The translations under genes and the position numbers were made by a program. This document shows positions 9,882 to 18,912 of a DNA stretch of 64,000 nt, one piece after another. This stretch comes from Candidatus Methanomethylophilaceae archaeon (GTDB lineage Archaea > Thermoplasmatota > Thermoplasmata > Methanomassiliicoccales > Methanomethylophilaceae). The stretch is from positions 96,001 to 160,000 of the forward strand of contig CALUHR010000005.1 of NCBI GenBank assembly GCA_944320495.1, read 5' to 3'. Position 1 is the first letter of the stretch, and each line of letters opens with the position of its first letter. Below the pieces are notes generated by a model. The model made no database searches, had not been told where the DNA came from, and saw only the letters and a program-made list of their open reading frames with translations.

Positions 9882-12800
9882 ATGGACAGAAAAACAATGG
9901 CCGTCGCGCTGTTGGTCATCGCCTCACTTGTCCTGGGATTCACCCTGAACCCTTGGACCGATGAATATGAGGCGGATAATGTCAGCGATGCTGATTCGCT
10001 CAAGGATCTGATTGACGGCTTCGACAAAACGAAGAACAGTTACGGGATTAAACTAACAAACGATATCGAGATGAATTCACCGCTCATATTGGATTTTGGA
10101 GGAGATGTGGGTGAGGGCAGAAGCTACACCATCAACCTCTATCTTGGAGATCTCATCAATAAAAATACTCTCAGTTTTACAGGAGATTTCGAAGGACCTG
10201 CGATTCAGATCGTCAACAACGGTCTAGATACGATCACTTTCAATATCAGGGACGGAAACATCGTCGACGAACGTGAATCCAACGGATCTCTGACGACCGT
10301 CGAAGTCACAGGGTCTGAATCCGATGAAGCACCCACCACAGTGAAGATTTTCTCCAACGCCACTGTATCAATGACCGGTGCCTCAGAAACCGGGAGTAGC
10401 GTTGTGAGCCTCTCGAATAATGCCATCTTGGAACTGCAGGGCACCATAACCGCCTCAAACGAAAACGCAACAGGGGTTGTTTTGGACGGGTCCTCGATCA
10501 AAGTCTCCAATGAAAAAGCAATCATAGATTCAGAATCTAGTGCCATCTCCACCACAGACACTGACAAAGCTACGATAGAGATTGTATCCGGGACCGTCAG
10601 AAGCTCTGGGGACTCTGCAATTGTAGCCAACGGAGAGGTCTCTCTGACCGTAGGAAACGGACTGATCTCGGGCACGGACATCTCTATCGAATCGGAAAGT
10701 GGTCGGATCGACCTTACTCTGAAGGACGGAGGAGGGGTGTACAGCAGTGACATCTCGGAGTGCTGTGATATTCAAGAAGGTTATTCCTTGGTAGAGATCA
10801 ACGGCAGATGGTTCGCATCGTCTGACACGGCGGACCCCGTGGTTTCGCTCACTGACGACACCAACACAGCCAACTACGGAGAACTGACCGATGCAACCAC
10901 TGCCATCAGGTCTTCGGACGTGGACCTGACTGCCATCCTGAATAAGGACATAACAGAACAGTTCGAACTCAATTCCTCGGCAAACATCACCCTCGATCTT
11001 AACGGAAACGACATAACGGTCTCCAAGAACGATGCCATCATGATCGATGGCTCGGGCAAGATGACGGTGACTGACTCAAAGGGATCGTCTGTTGTCACCG
11101 GTGTATCGAGTGCCATCCTGAACCTCGGCAATCTGACCGTCACCAGTGGGACGTTCAAAGGCGATGACTATGCCATCCATCAATCAATTTATTCCGATGG
11201 GACGCTTACAATCGATGGAGGCATCTTCGAAGCCGAAAAGGCCCTCTCGGTTGAGAAGGGAGATGCCATAATCGAAAACGGCACCTTCACCGGAACCGTG
11301 GCAGGCGTTGAATGCTACAGCCTTGAAGGGAACAGCCCGTCGATAACCATAAACGGAGGCACGATCAGCGCGCCGACTGGCGCCACCGTGATCGGTTCCA
11401 ACAGCACAGCGACCGCCACCCTCATTCTGAACGACGGGACCATCACAGGGACCACCAACATGGGAATCGGAGGGAACGCAGGAAACGGCAACACCGTCAT
11501 CAAGATCAACGGGGGGACCGTGGAGTGTAGAGGCAATGAGAACTGTGCCGCGATATACCACCCGCAGAAGGGCACCCTGACCATCACCGGCGGGACGATC
11601 ACCGGGAAGACCGGAATCTCGTTCTGCGGAAGCGGATCCATCTCCATAACCGGTGGGACGATCACGGGAACCGGTGCGGATGATGTGGTTGGCTATGACT
11701 CCGGTCCCATCTCAGACGGGTCCGCCCTGTCGATCGTATCCCGCGGGACGAGCTATCAGGCCGATGGCGAGACGATCTCCGTCAACATCACCGGTGGGAC
11801 TCTCGTCAGCGAACAGGCCAACGGCATCTCCGAGTACACATACAGCTACTCGAACGGTACTCTGATCACAGGGGAGGACTCAGGGGTGGAATCCGTCGTT
11901 TCCGACGTGAGCATCTCGGACGGGACCGTGACGGGTGCCGATGGGAAGAGCGCCGTAGCTGGAGAGACCAGAGAATCCTACAGCGTCACCGGAGGAAAGT
12001 TCCTCTGCGGCTCCGAATCCGATCCGTCGATCGACGACTACATGGAACCGGGATACGACATCGATGAGGACACTGGGGAGGTCTTCGTGAATGGTGACGA
12101 GGCATACTTCCAGGTCGGGAGCGAGTACTTCATGGACCTCCAGTCAGCGATCGACGCCATCAACGGACAGGGCACCATCGAGGTCCTCAGGGACTACGTC
12201 TACGAAGGCGACCAGCAGTCCGTGGCAGCCATTCCCGCTGGCAAGGACATCATCATTGACCTGAACGGCAACGACATAGTCTCGGAATCCACCTACAATG
12301 GCGGAAAGGTCCGCGTCCTCACGGTGGACGGGGAAGTCACCATCATGGACAGCACGGCCGTCTCGGAGCCGAGCGTCGACCCCAATTTCGATGTATCCTA
12401 CACATCAGGATCCATCACGTCAGCGGGGACGACCCTGTACGCCCAGAACGGCGGGACTGTGACCATCGAGAGCGGTACGGTGAGGTCTACCGGAGATGAG
12501 ACCATCGCACTGTACGCATTCGGGGACATCAGCGGAGACGGCAGCATAGGATCATCCGTCATCGTCAACGGAGGGTTCATCGACGCCGTAGGGTACGCTG
12601 CGGTGCCCCTCGGTGTCGGAGCGTCCGTCACGGTCAACGGCGGAGTCCTCAGGACAACCAACAACCCCACCGTGTCAGGGAACGGGAGTGTCGGCGAGAA
12701 CAACCAGTGTGGCGGCGTCACCATAGACATCACCGGCGGAACCATCATCGGAATGATGACGGGGAGCTATGCCCAGAAGGGGTACATCGCATGCGCGGTC

Positions 12801-13835
12801 TACATGCCGAACTACGGTGACCTGAGCATCTCCGGAGGCGACATCATCGCAGTCGGAGGTGTGGCGGTCCTTGTACGCGCTGGAAACGTCGAGATCACCG
12901 GCGGCAGCATGACGTCCACTGGGACCACCAGCGGGAGGGTTTGCGACACGGACGTCGAGGTTCCATCGGCCGCGCTGGTCGTGGACCTGAAGGCTGGCTA
13001 TGGAGGCGCCCAGCTCGGAACGTTCGAGACGGACATCAGGAGCGGAAGCTTCTCCTCCGACATAGACGAGACCGTTCAGCAGATCTACGACACCGCTCCG
13101 ACAAGCGACATCATCACGGTTTACGGAGGCACGTTCGACACAGATGTCTCCGACTATGCCGCCGACGGCTACGTCGTCATACCAAATCCTGACGGCACCT
13201 ACGGAGCCGTCCAGAGCGACGTCTCCGAAGACACCATCACGGGAGTCGGGACCTACGCCTACGAGACCGACGGGTACGTCATCACCCTCCGTTCCAACGG
13301 TCAGTACGACGGTGTCACCCTGGTCCTCGGGTTCGGTCCGGTGGACGTCACCGTCGTTTGCTCCGTGACCGGGGACGTCACCGTCGTCTGCTGTCCCATC
13401 GACTCTGAAGATGCGGACTACGCGATAGAGCTCGACGTCTCCGGGGTAAGCGACACAGGGATGTCCATCACGATCGCGATCCCCGTGACCGTGGAGTCCG
13501 GATACAGCATCGACGCCGACTCGGTGTACGCCTACTCCATCGTGAACGGGGAGCGCGTCTCCGAGACCGCATACGTCTCCGGCGATTCCATCGTCATCGA
13601 GACCGACCACAACACGCCGTTCTACATCGGATACGAAATGGAGCCCGACCTCCCGCCGTTCATCCCGTTCCCGCCGGAACAGGGAGGGGACCCCGTGGAG
13701 GTCTACCCGAGCGGTGACGGCGGTTCCTCCGACGACGGCGACGACACCCTCAAGGTGGTCGCCTGCGCCGCGGCAGCGGTCATTGCGGCGATACTCGTCA
13801 TCGTCCTGGCGTCGACGTACAGGAAGAACCGATGA
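9882..13835 (+). CDS. Adhesin-like protein (beta-helix repeats, C-terminal TM anchor)
   Basis: Signal peptide MDRKTMAVALLVIASLVLG, repeated ITGGTI and LDLNGNDI modules, Pro-rich linker and VVACAAAAVIAAILVIVLA anchor. Confidence 0.85.
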   Translation: MDRKTMAVALLVIASLVLGFTLNPWTDEYEADNVSDADSLKDLIDGFDKTKNSYGIKLTNDIEMNSPLILDFGGDVGEGRSYTINLYLGDLINKNTLSFTGDFEGPAIQIVNNGLDTITFNIRDGNIVDERESNGSLTTVEVTGSESDEAPTTVKIFSNATVSMTGASETGSSVVSLSNNAILELQGTITASNENATGVVLDGSSIKVSNEKAIIDSESSAISTTDTDKATIEIVSGTVRSSGDSAIVANGEVSLTVGNGLISGTDISIESESGRIDLTLKDGGGVYSSDISECCDIQEGYSLVEINGRWFASSDTADPVVSLTDDTNTANYGELTDATTAIRSSDVDLTAILNKDITEQFELNSSANITLDLNGNDITVSKNDAIMIDGSGKMTVTDSKGSSVVTGVSSAILNLGNLTVTSGTFKGDDYAIHQSIYSDGTLTIDGGIFEAEKALSVEKGDAIIENGTFTGTVAGVECYSLEGNSPSITINGGTISAPTGATVIGSNSTATATLILNDGTITGTTNMGIGGNAGNGNTVIKINGGTVECRGNENCAAIYHPQKGTLTITGGTITGKTGISFCGSGSISITGGTITGTGADDVVGYDSGPISDGSALSIVSRGTSYQADGETISVNITGGTLVSEQANGISEYTYSYSNGTLITGEDSGVESVVSDVSISDGTVTGADGKSAVAGETRESYSVTGGKFLCGSESDPSIDDYMEPGYDIDEDTGEVFVNGDEAYFQVGSEYFMDLQSAIDAINGQGTIEVLRDYVYEGDQQSVAAIPAGKDIIIDLNGNDIVSESTYNGGKVRVLTVDGEVTIMDSTAVSEPSVDPNFDVSYTSGSITSAGTTLYAQNGGTVTIESGTVRSTGDETIALYAFGDISGDGSIGSSVIVNGGFIDAVGYAAVPLGVGASVTVNGGVLRTTNNPTVSGNGSVGENNQCGGVTIDITGGTIIGMMTGSYAQKGYIACAVYMPNYGDLSISGGDIIAVGGVAVLVRAGNVEITGGSMTSTGTTSGRVCDTDVEVPSAALVVDLKAGYGGAQLGTFETDIRSGSFSSDIDETVQQIYDTAPTSDIITVYGGTFDTDVSDYAADGYVVIPNPDGTYGAVQSDVSEDTITGVGTYAYETDGYVITLRSNGQYDGVTLVLGFGPVDVTVVCSVTGDVTVVCCPIDSEDADYAIELDVSGVSDTGMSITIAIPVTVESGYSIDADSVYAYSIVNGERVSETAYVSGDSIVIETDHNTPFYIGYEMEPDLPPFIPFPPEQGGDPVEVYPSGDGGSSDDGDDTLKVVACAAAAVIAAILVIVLASTYRKNR

Positions 13836-13862
13836 TTCAAACGGGGCCCCGGCCCCACCTTA

Positions 13863-13880
13863 CCCGCCCTACAGGGCGGG
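13863..13880 (+). terminator. GC hairpin after the adhesin gene
   Basis: CCCGCCC-TACA-GGGCGGG. Confidence 0.5.
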
Positions 13881-13985
13881 TTCCCAACCATACTTCACCC
13901 CCTCTTCCAACGGCATCCGATAAATACGAGGTGCGTTTTCATCGGTATTACTAATCAATAAATTCGTATTAACGAGTGTGATTGG

Positions 13986-15110
13986 ATGAACTACAAGTTG
14001 CTATCTATCATCGCCGTCGGGGCGATGCTCCTGACCGCCTTCGCGGCGGTCGACGCGTCCGCGGAGGACGCGGGCTTCGACATCACCGACGACACCGGGA
14101 AGACCGTCCACTTCGACGGCCCAGCCGAACACATAGCAGTCAACGGAACCGGAGCCGTACTCACCATCGCGGACGCGGGGGCCGTTGACAAGATCGTCGC
14201 GGTAGACCAGTATTCCACCTATGAGAGAACCGGATACGAGCAACTCAAGGGCCTCGATGCCATCAACCTTGGGAGCTTCTTCTACGAAACGAACCACGAC
14301 CTCATCGTCACATCCCTACTCAACCTCGTCAGTGAGGGAAAGATGACAGTGGACGACCCGGTCATCCTCACCGGATTCGCTCAGAATGCTGCGCTCAGGG
14401 AAATCCTCGAGGAAGCGGGATTCACCCACGTTCTCGTCTGGATGACCCAGAACATCACCGAGTACGACGACATCGTCGACTTCGTCGAGGACCTCACGAT
14501 GATCGCCACCGGCGAGCGCAGCGAATCCATCCAGCAGATGAGGGAGAAGATCGAGTACGTATCCTCCACCGTCTCCCAGGTACCTGAGGGCGAGAGGGCC
14601 AAGGCAATCTCCGTATGGTACACCAGCTCCACCGGAAGCCTGATGGTCAACAACATCGGAATCGCGGGAAGCATGCTCGAGCTCTGCAACGCCGAAAACA
14701 TCGGATACCGCGAGGACGGCGGAAGCAGATATGGGGACGACAACACCGTGATCAGCCTTCTGGGAGAGAACCCCGGGACCATCATCTTCATCTCCGACAG
14801 CTATGCCAGCTCCGGAAAGACTGCCGAAGACTTCCGCAACGAGTTCCTCGGTGGTAGTACCGACTACCCCATCGTCCTCATGGGGGCCCTCTGGAACAAC
14901 TACTGCCCCGAATCCGCCGACGGACTCATCCTGATGGCACAGGCCCTCTACCCCGAGTTGTTCGATGCCCAAGGAGGCGACGACACCCCGTCAGGCGACG
15001 ACACCTCCGACGGTTCCGATAATAACGCCCTCCTGTGGGCCGTCGCGCTGATAGTCGCCATCATTATAGTGGTGGCAGCATACGCCGTCTTCAAGAGGAC
15101 CCACACATGA
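13986..15110 (+). CDS. ABC transporter substrate-binding protein (Fe-siderophore/cobalamin class III)
   Basis: ITDDTGKTVHF...HIAV motif, signal peptide, C-terminal TM anchor; first gene of a SBP-permease-ATPase operon. Confidence 0.85.
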   Translation: MNYKLLSIIAVGAMLLTAFAAVDASAEDAGFDITDDTGKTVHFDGPAEHIAVNGTGAVLTIADAGAVDKIVAVDQYSTYERTGYEQLKGLDAINLGSFFYETNHDLIVTSLLNLVSEGKMTVDDPVILTGFAQNAALREILEEAGFTHVLVWMTQNITEYDDIVDFVEDLTMIATGERSESIQQMREKIEYVSSTVSQVPEGERAKAISVWYTSSTGSLMVNNIGIAGSMLELCNAENIGYREDGGSRYGDDNTVISLLGENPGTIIFISDSYASSGKTAEDFRNEFLGGSTDYPIVLMGALWNNYCPESADGLILMAQALYPELFDAQGGDDTPSGDDTSDGSDNNALLWAVALIVAIIIVVAAYAVFKRTHT

Positions 15111-16141
15111 GAAACGATTCAGCAGGACGGAGGATAACGAGAATCGGTCTGACCGCCATAGTTCTGATTGCGGTCACACTGGTCTTCGTCCTGCTGGATC
15201 TTGCCTGGGCAGGAACCAGGATCCTCTCCCTCGGAGAGGTCTGGTCCGCCCTCATGGGCGATGGCACCTGGGCCAACGACATAATCGTCAACCATAGGAA
15301 CGCGCCCCGTATCATCGCGGCCATCGTCATAGGGGCCGGACTGGCCGTCACCGGTTGCGTCATGCAGGCGGTGTTCAGAAACCCCCTGGCCACACCATAC
15401 ATCCTTGGACTCTCATCCGGAGCATCCCTGGGATCGGCATTCGCCATCATGCTCGTGCCTGCATCGATGATGGCTCTCGCCCAGCCCGTACTCGCTTTCG
15501 CGATGTGCCTTCTGACCACGTTCCTCGTCTATACCGTCTCCCGCTCCGGAGGAACGATGGTCAGGACGGAGACGCTCGTCCTTGCCGGAGTGGCCATCTC
15601 ATCCCTGTTCTCAGCCGTGGTCTCGTTCCTCACCTATGTGGCCCCCAGCGACAAGATGCAGAACATCGTCTTCTGGACCATGGGCAGCCTCGGAGGAGTC
15701 GGATACGAGGAACTGACCGTCGTGCTTCCCATAGTAATCATCGGAATTGTTCTGATGCTGACCCAGTGCAGAAACCTCAACGCCATGATGATCGGCGACT
15801 CCCACGCGATGGACCTCGGGGTGGACGTCAGGAAGGTCAGGATCGCCCTCCTGATCGTCTCTTCCTTCGTGGTCGCTGCCTGCGTCGCGTTCGTCGGAAC
15901 GATCGGGTTCGTCGGTCTCGTCATCCCCCACATCCTGAGGATGGTGATGGGGCCCGACAACCGCCTCATCATGCCCATGAGCGTCATAGGCGGTGCCGCC
16001 TTCCTCCTGATCAGCGACTGGGTCGCGCACATCGTGGCCCCCTACTACGGAGTGCTTCCCATCGGAGTCGTGACAGCCCTGGTCGGAGGTCCCTTCTTCA
16101 TCTACCTCCTGTGCAGGAGGAAGAGGGAGGTGGGATGGTGA
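15107..16141 (+). CDS. FecCD/BtuC family ABC permease
   Basis: PRIIAAIVIGAGLAVTGCVMQAVFRNPLATPYILGLSSGA; IGFVGLVIPHILR. Confidence 0.92.
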   Translation: MRNDSAGRRITRIGLTAIVLIAVTLVFVLLDLAWAGTRILSLGEVWSALMGDGTWANDIIVNHRNAPRIIAAIVIGAGLAVTGCVMQAVFRNPLATPYILGLSSGASLGSAFAIMLVPASMMALAQPVLAFAMCLLTTFLVYTVSRSGGTMVRTETLVLAGVAISSLFSAVVSFLTYVAPSDKMQNIVFWTMGSLGGVGYEELTVVLPIVIIGIVLMLTQCRNLNAMMIGDSHAMDLGVDVRKVRIALLIVSSFVVAACVAFVGTIGFVGLVIPHILRMVMGPDNRLIMPMSVIGGAAFLLISDWVAHIVAPYYGVLPIGVVTALVGGPFFIYLLCRRKREVGW

Positions 16142-16929
16142 CGTCCCCGCTCGAGGTCCGCGAGCTCGGATACGACTATGACGGGAGGTCCATCCTCGAC
16201 TCCGTCACATGGGACCTCCGCAAGGGGGAGATCCTCGGCGTCCTGGGCCCCAACGGATGCGGCAAGACCACTATGCTGAGGAACCTCAACAGGAACCTCT
16301 CGCCCAAACGCGGATGCGTCGTCCTCGCCGGCACCGACCTGGAGGACATGGCCAAGAGGGACATAGCCAGGCACATCGCCGCCGTTCCCCAGAGCAACGA
16401 GATCCGCTTCGCCTTCACCGTCCGCGAGATGGTCGCCATGGGCAGGATGCCCTTCCAGGAGGCCTTCCGCGGGAACTCCTCCGAGGACGAGCGCATAATC
16501 GACGAGGCCATGGAGCTCACCGGCATCACCCACATGTCCGACCGCCTGATCAACACCATGAGCGGCGGAGAGCGTCAGCGCGTGATCATCGCACGCGCGC
16601 TGACACAGCAGCCGGAGATCCTCCTGATGGATGAGCCGACACTACATCTTGACATCAACATGCAGTTCGAGGTCCTCGACCTGGTGTCCAAACTCTCCAG
16701 GGACAGGGGGCTCACCGTCGTCATCGTGTCCCACGACCTGCCGATGGTCGCCCGCTACTGCGACAGGATCATCCTCATCCACGACAGGACCGTCTGGGCC
16801 GAGGGGAAACCCGAGGACGTCCTCACGCCGGAGAACATGCGCACGGTGTTCAACATCGACGCTAGGTTCGAGCTGGATGACAGGGGCCAGAGGACCGTGA
16901 GGCTCTACGGCGCCTGCCCCAGGGAATGA
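16135..16929 (+). CDS. ABC transporter ATP-binding protein (FepC/BtuD-like)
   Basis: GPNGCGKTT, MSGGERQRV, LMDEPT, SHD motifs. Confidence 0.92.
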   Translation: MVTSPLEVRELGYDYDGRSILDSVTWDLRKGEILGVLGPNGCGKTTMLRNLNRNLSPKRGCVVLAGTDLEDMAKRDIARHIAAVPQSNEIRFAFTVREMVAMGRMPFQEAFRGNSSEDERIIDEAMELTGITHMSDRLINTMSGGERQRVIIARALTQQPEILLMDEPTLHLDINMQFEVLDLVSKLSRDRGLTVVIVSHDLPMVARYCDRIILIHDRTVWAEGKPEDVLTPENMRTVFNIDARFELDDRGQRTVRLYGACPRE

Positions 16930-16985
16930 CTATCGGTTCGTAGGATGACTCGATCGAGTTCTGCCCTCGTCGAGAACTTGCTGAA

Positions 16986-17206
16986 AGGCGGGAAGTCCGA
17001 GTGCACCGGCTTCTCAACTCTCGGTGCACCCGGAACCGTCCCGGCAGGAGGTGATACGACCCTAGTGATCATCGCTGAAATCCGGAACTCTGGTTCCTAG
17101 TGACGATCGTCACCGGCGGCGGTGTGATCGTCATTGACATTCCGTAAGGAATGCCGAGGTCTGATCCGCCTCAAGGATCCGGCTCCTTCGGGAGCCGTTA
17201 CCTCCT
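16986..17206 (+). ncRNA. Structured RNA module copy 1 (type I toxin mRNA-like, frameshifted mini-ORF)
   Basis: Homologous to the inverted copy at 17473-17699, with compensatory changes in four stems; AGGAGGT at 17046 and ACCTCCT at 17200. Confidence 0.55.
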
Positions 17207-17472
17207 TGGTTCTAGTAATGGACGCGTGCGATATAACAATCTGCCGACAGAGTAACCGCCGGAATACGATTCCCGGATGCCTTGAATCTTCAGAATGCTG
17301 CGCGACCACAGTCCGTTCCGACGAATGAGGACGTCATGGATGCTGCTGTCCAAGAGCTTGAGACCCTACGACACTCTACTCTCGAGGATCGGAATCGATT
17401 ATGTTTAAGGTCCTAGATCATAATTCTTATCGAAGAGCAAGTGTTAATTAGACCCATGCCAATCTCATATCC

Positions 17473-17699
17473 AGGAGGTTGACGGTCCCCGAAGGGACCG
17501 GATGCCTTCAGGGCATCACTCTTCGCCATCCATCAATGGATGACGATGGTGATCCTGACCCTGGGGGTCCTGACCACCACACGAAGCACGCCCCGACGGC
17601 GCTCGATACGGATCTTCAGGATCCTACCAACCTCCTACCGGGACGGTTCCGTGCATGCTGAGAAGGTGAGATGTCACGGCATGCACGGACTTCCCGCCT
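17473..17699 (-). ncRNA. Structured RNA module copy 2 (type I toxin mRNA-like, intact 29-codon mini-ORF 17533-17622)
   Basis: Same layout as copy 1; strong TATA box at 17730-17737 about 25-30 nt upstream. Confidence 0.55.
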
Positions 17700-17729
17700 A
17701 CCAGCGATTCTAGGCCAGTTGTGTATATG

Positions 17730-17737
17730 TTATATAT
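17730..17737 (-). promoter_or_regulatory. TATA box candidate for module copy 2
   Basis: ATATATAA on the minus strand within an AT-rich tract, at archaeal spacing from the module 5' end. Confidence 0.5.
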
Positions 17738-17871
17738 TTATCGAATAGACATCTTTTATCATAACAGAATTCTACTCGATCGATCTGAAACAGCGTCAAT
17801 CCACCGCCCCGAACCGCCGATCGCTGGTTGTTGGGGAACCTACTTATCGAAGCCCGCCTACTCCCGCGCAT

Positions 17872-18219
17872 ATGCGCTGGATGCTCCGCTCCAAGATCCA
17901 CAGGGCCACCGTCACCGAGACCCGCGTCGACTACGAAGGCAGCATAACCGTCGACGAGGACCTCCTGGAACGCTCCGGGATCTGGGTCGGCGAGAAGGTG
18001 ACCGTCGCCGACGTGAACAACGGCAACCGCTTCGAGACCTACACCCTCCCGGGGAGGAGGGGCAGCGGGGTCATCGCGGTGAACGGCGCCGCCGCGCACC
18101 TCTGTGACGAGGGCGACCTCGTCATCATAATGGCGTACGAGCTCGTGGACGAGCCCATCCATGCCAAGGTGCTCCTCGTCGACGGCGACAACAGGGTCTC
18201 CAGGGAGCTGTTGTATTGA
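17872..18219 (+). CDS. panD: Aspartate 1-decarboxylase (pyruvoyl-dependent)
   Basis: [12 protein letters not shown]...YEGSIT self-cleavage motif, [15 protein letters not shown]. Confidence 0.95.
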   Translation: MRWMLRSKIHRATVTETRVDYEGSITVDEDLLERSGIWVGEKVTVADVNNGNRFETYTLPGRRGSGVIAVNGAAAHLCDEGDLVIIMAYELVDEPIHAKVLLVDGDNRVSRELLY

Positions 18220-18671
18220 TCTCCGCCTACTCCGACGGGGGCTCCCGCGGGAACCCCGGACCCTCCGCCTTCGCGATAGTCATCGTGAGGGACGGGAAGG
18301 TCGTCCATGAGCACGCGGAGTTCCTCGGCGTCCACACCAACAACTACGCCGAGTACCGCGGATTGATTGCCGCGATATCCAAGGTCATAGAGCTCGGAGA
18401 GAGCGAAGCTGAGTTCGTGATGGACTCCGAGCTCGTCATCAAGCAGATGAACGGGATCTACCGGGTTAGGAATCCCGATATGGCTGCACTCCACTCCGAC
18501 GCGAAGGCGCTCGCATCCCTCATCCCCAAGGTCTCATTCAGGAACATCCGCAGGTCCCAGGAGTTCATACCCAGGGCGGACGCGCTCCTGAACGAGGAGA
18601 TGGACAGGCACCGCCGAGGCGGAGCCCGTCCGGTTTCACTGGGGGGAAGAAGAACCCGGCGGTCATGCTGA
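18216..18671 (+). CDS. rnhA: Ribonuclease HI family protein
   Basis: [36 protein letters not shown]. Confidence 0.92.
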   Translation: MISAYSDGGSRGNPGPSAFAIVIVRDGKVVHEHAEFLGVHTNNYAEYRGLIAAISKVIELGESEAEFVMDSELVIKQMNGIYRVRNPDMAALHSDAKALASLIPKVSFRNIRRSQEFIPRADALLNEEMDRHRRGGARPVSLGGRRTRRSC

Positions 18672-18912
18672 GGTAGTTCGCTCCGGAGTACCCCGGGGCA
18701 CCTCTCGTTGACCCTGACGGTGAACTCCTCCGCGCTCGAGCGGCCGGAGGCGATCCCCTTCAGGCCCTTGAGGTAGGCGATCTTCGTCTCCACGTCCTCC
18801 CTGGTCTCCGGTCCGTAGTGGGCGGAGAGGAACAGCCCGTATCCCCTGTCCAGGTAACCGCGGAGGTTCGCGATGATCGCGTCCGCATGTCCGGCGCCGG
18901 TGACGATGAACC
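18640..18912 (-). pseudogene. 3' remnant of a metallo-beta-lactamase-like hypothetical gene, frameshifted
   Basis: IVTGAGHADAIIANLRGYLDRGYGLFLSAHYGPETREDVETKIAYL, then a frameshift near 18690 into [18 protein letters not shown]; no 5' part. Family assignment from memory. Confidence 0.55.

Noticed and set aside
16986-17050. Cobalamin riboswitch or tracrRNA-like GCACCG/CGGTGC hairpin
   Set aside because: B12-box and other conserved elements are absent; it lies downstream of the transporter; no Cas9/Cas12 gene. Better explained as the variable stem of the duplicated module.
17185-17215. Group II intron domain V (GAGCCG...GGTTC)
   Set aside because: Too short for the 34-nt D5 hairpin; no GUGCG 5' end and no RT gene.
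17479-17661. 60-aa ORF from the track
   Set aside because: It is the antisense shadow of module copy 2, with a D/P/G-rich composition typical of shadow frames.
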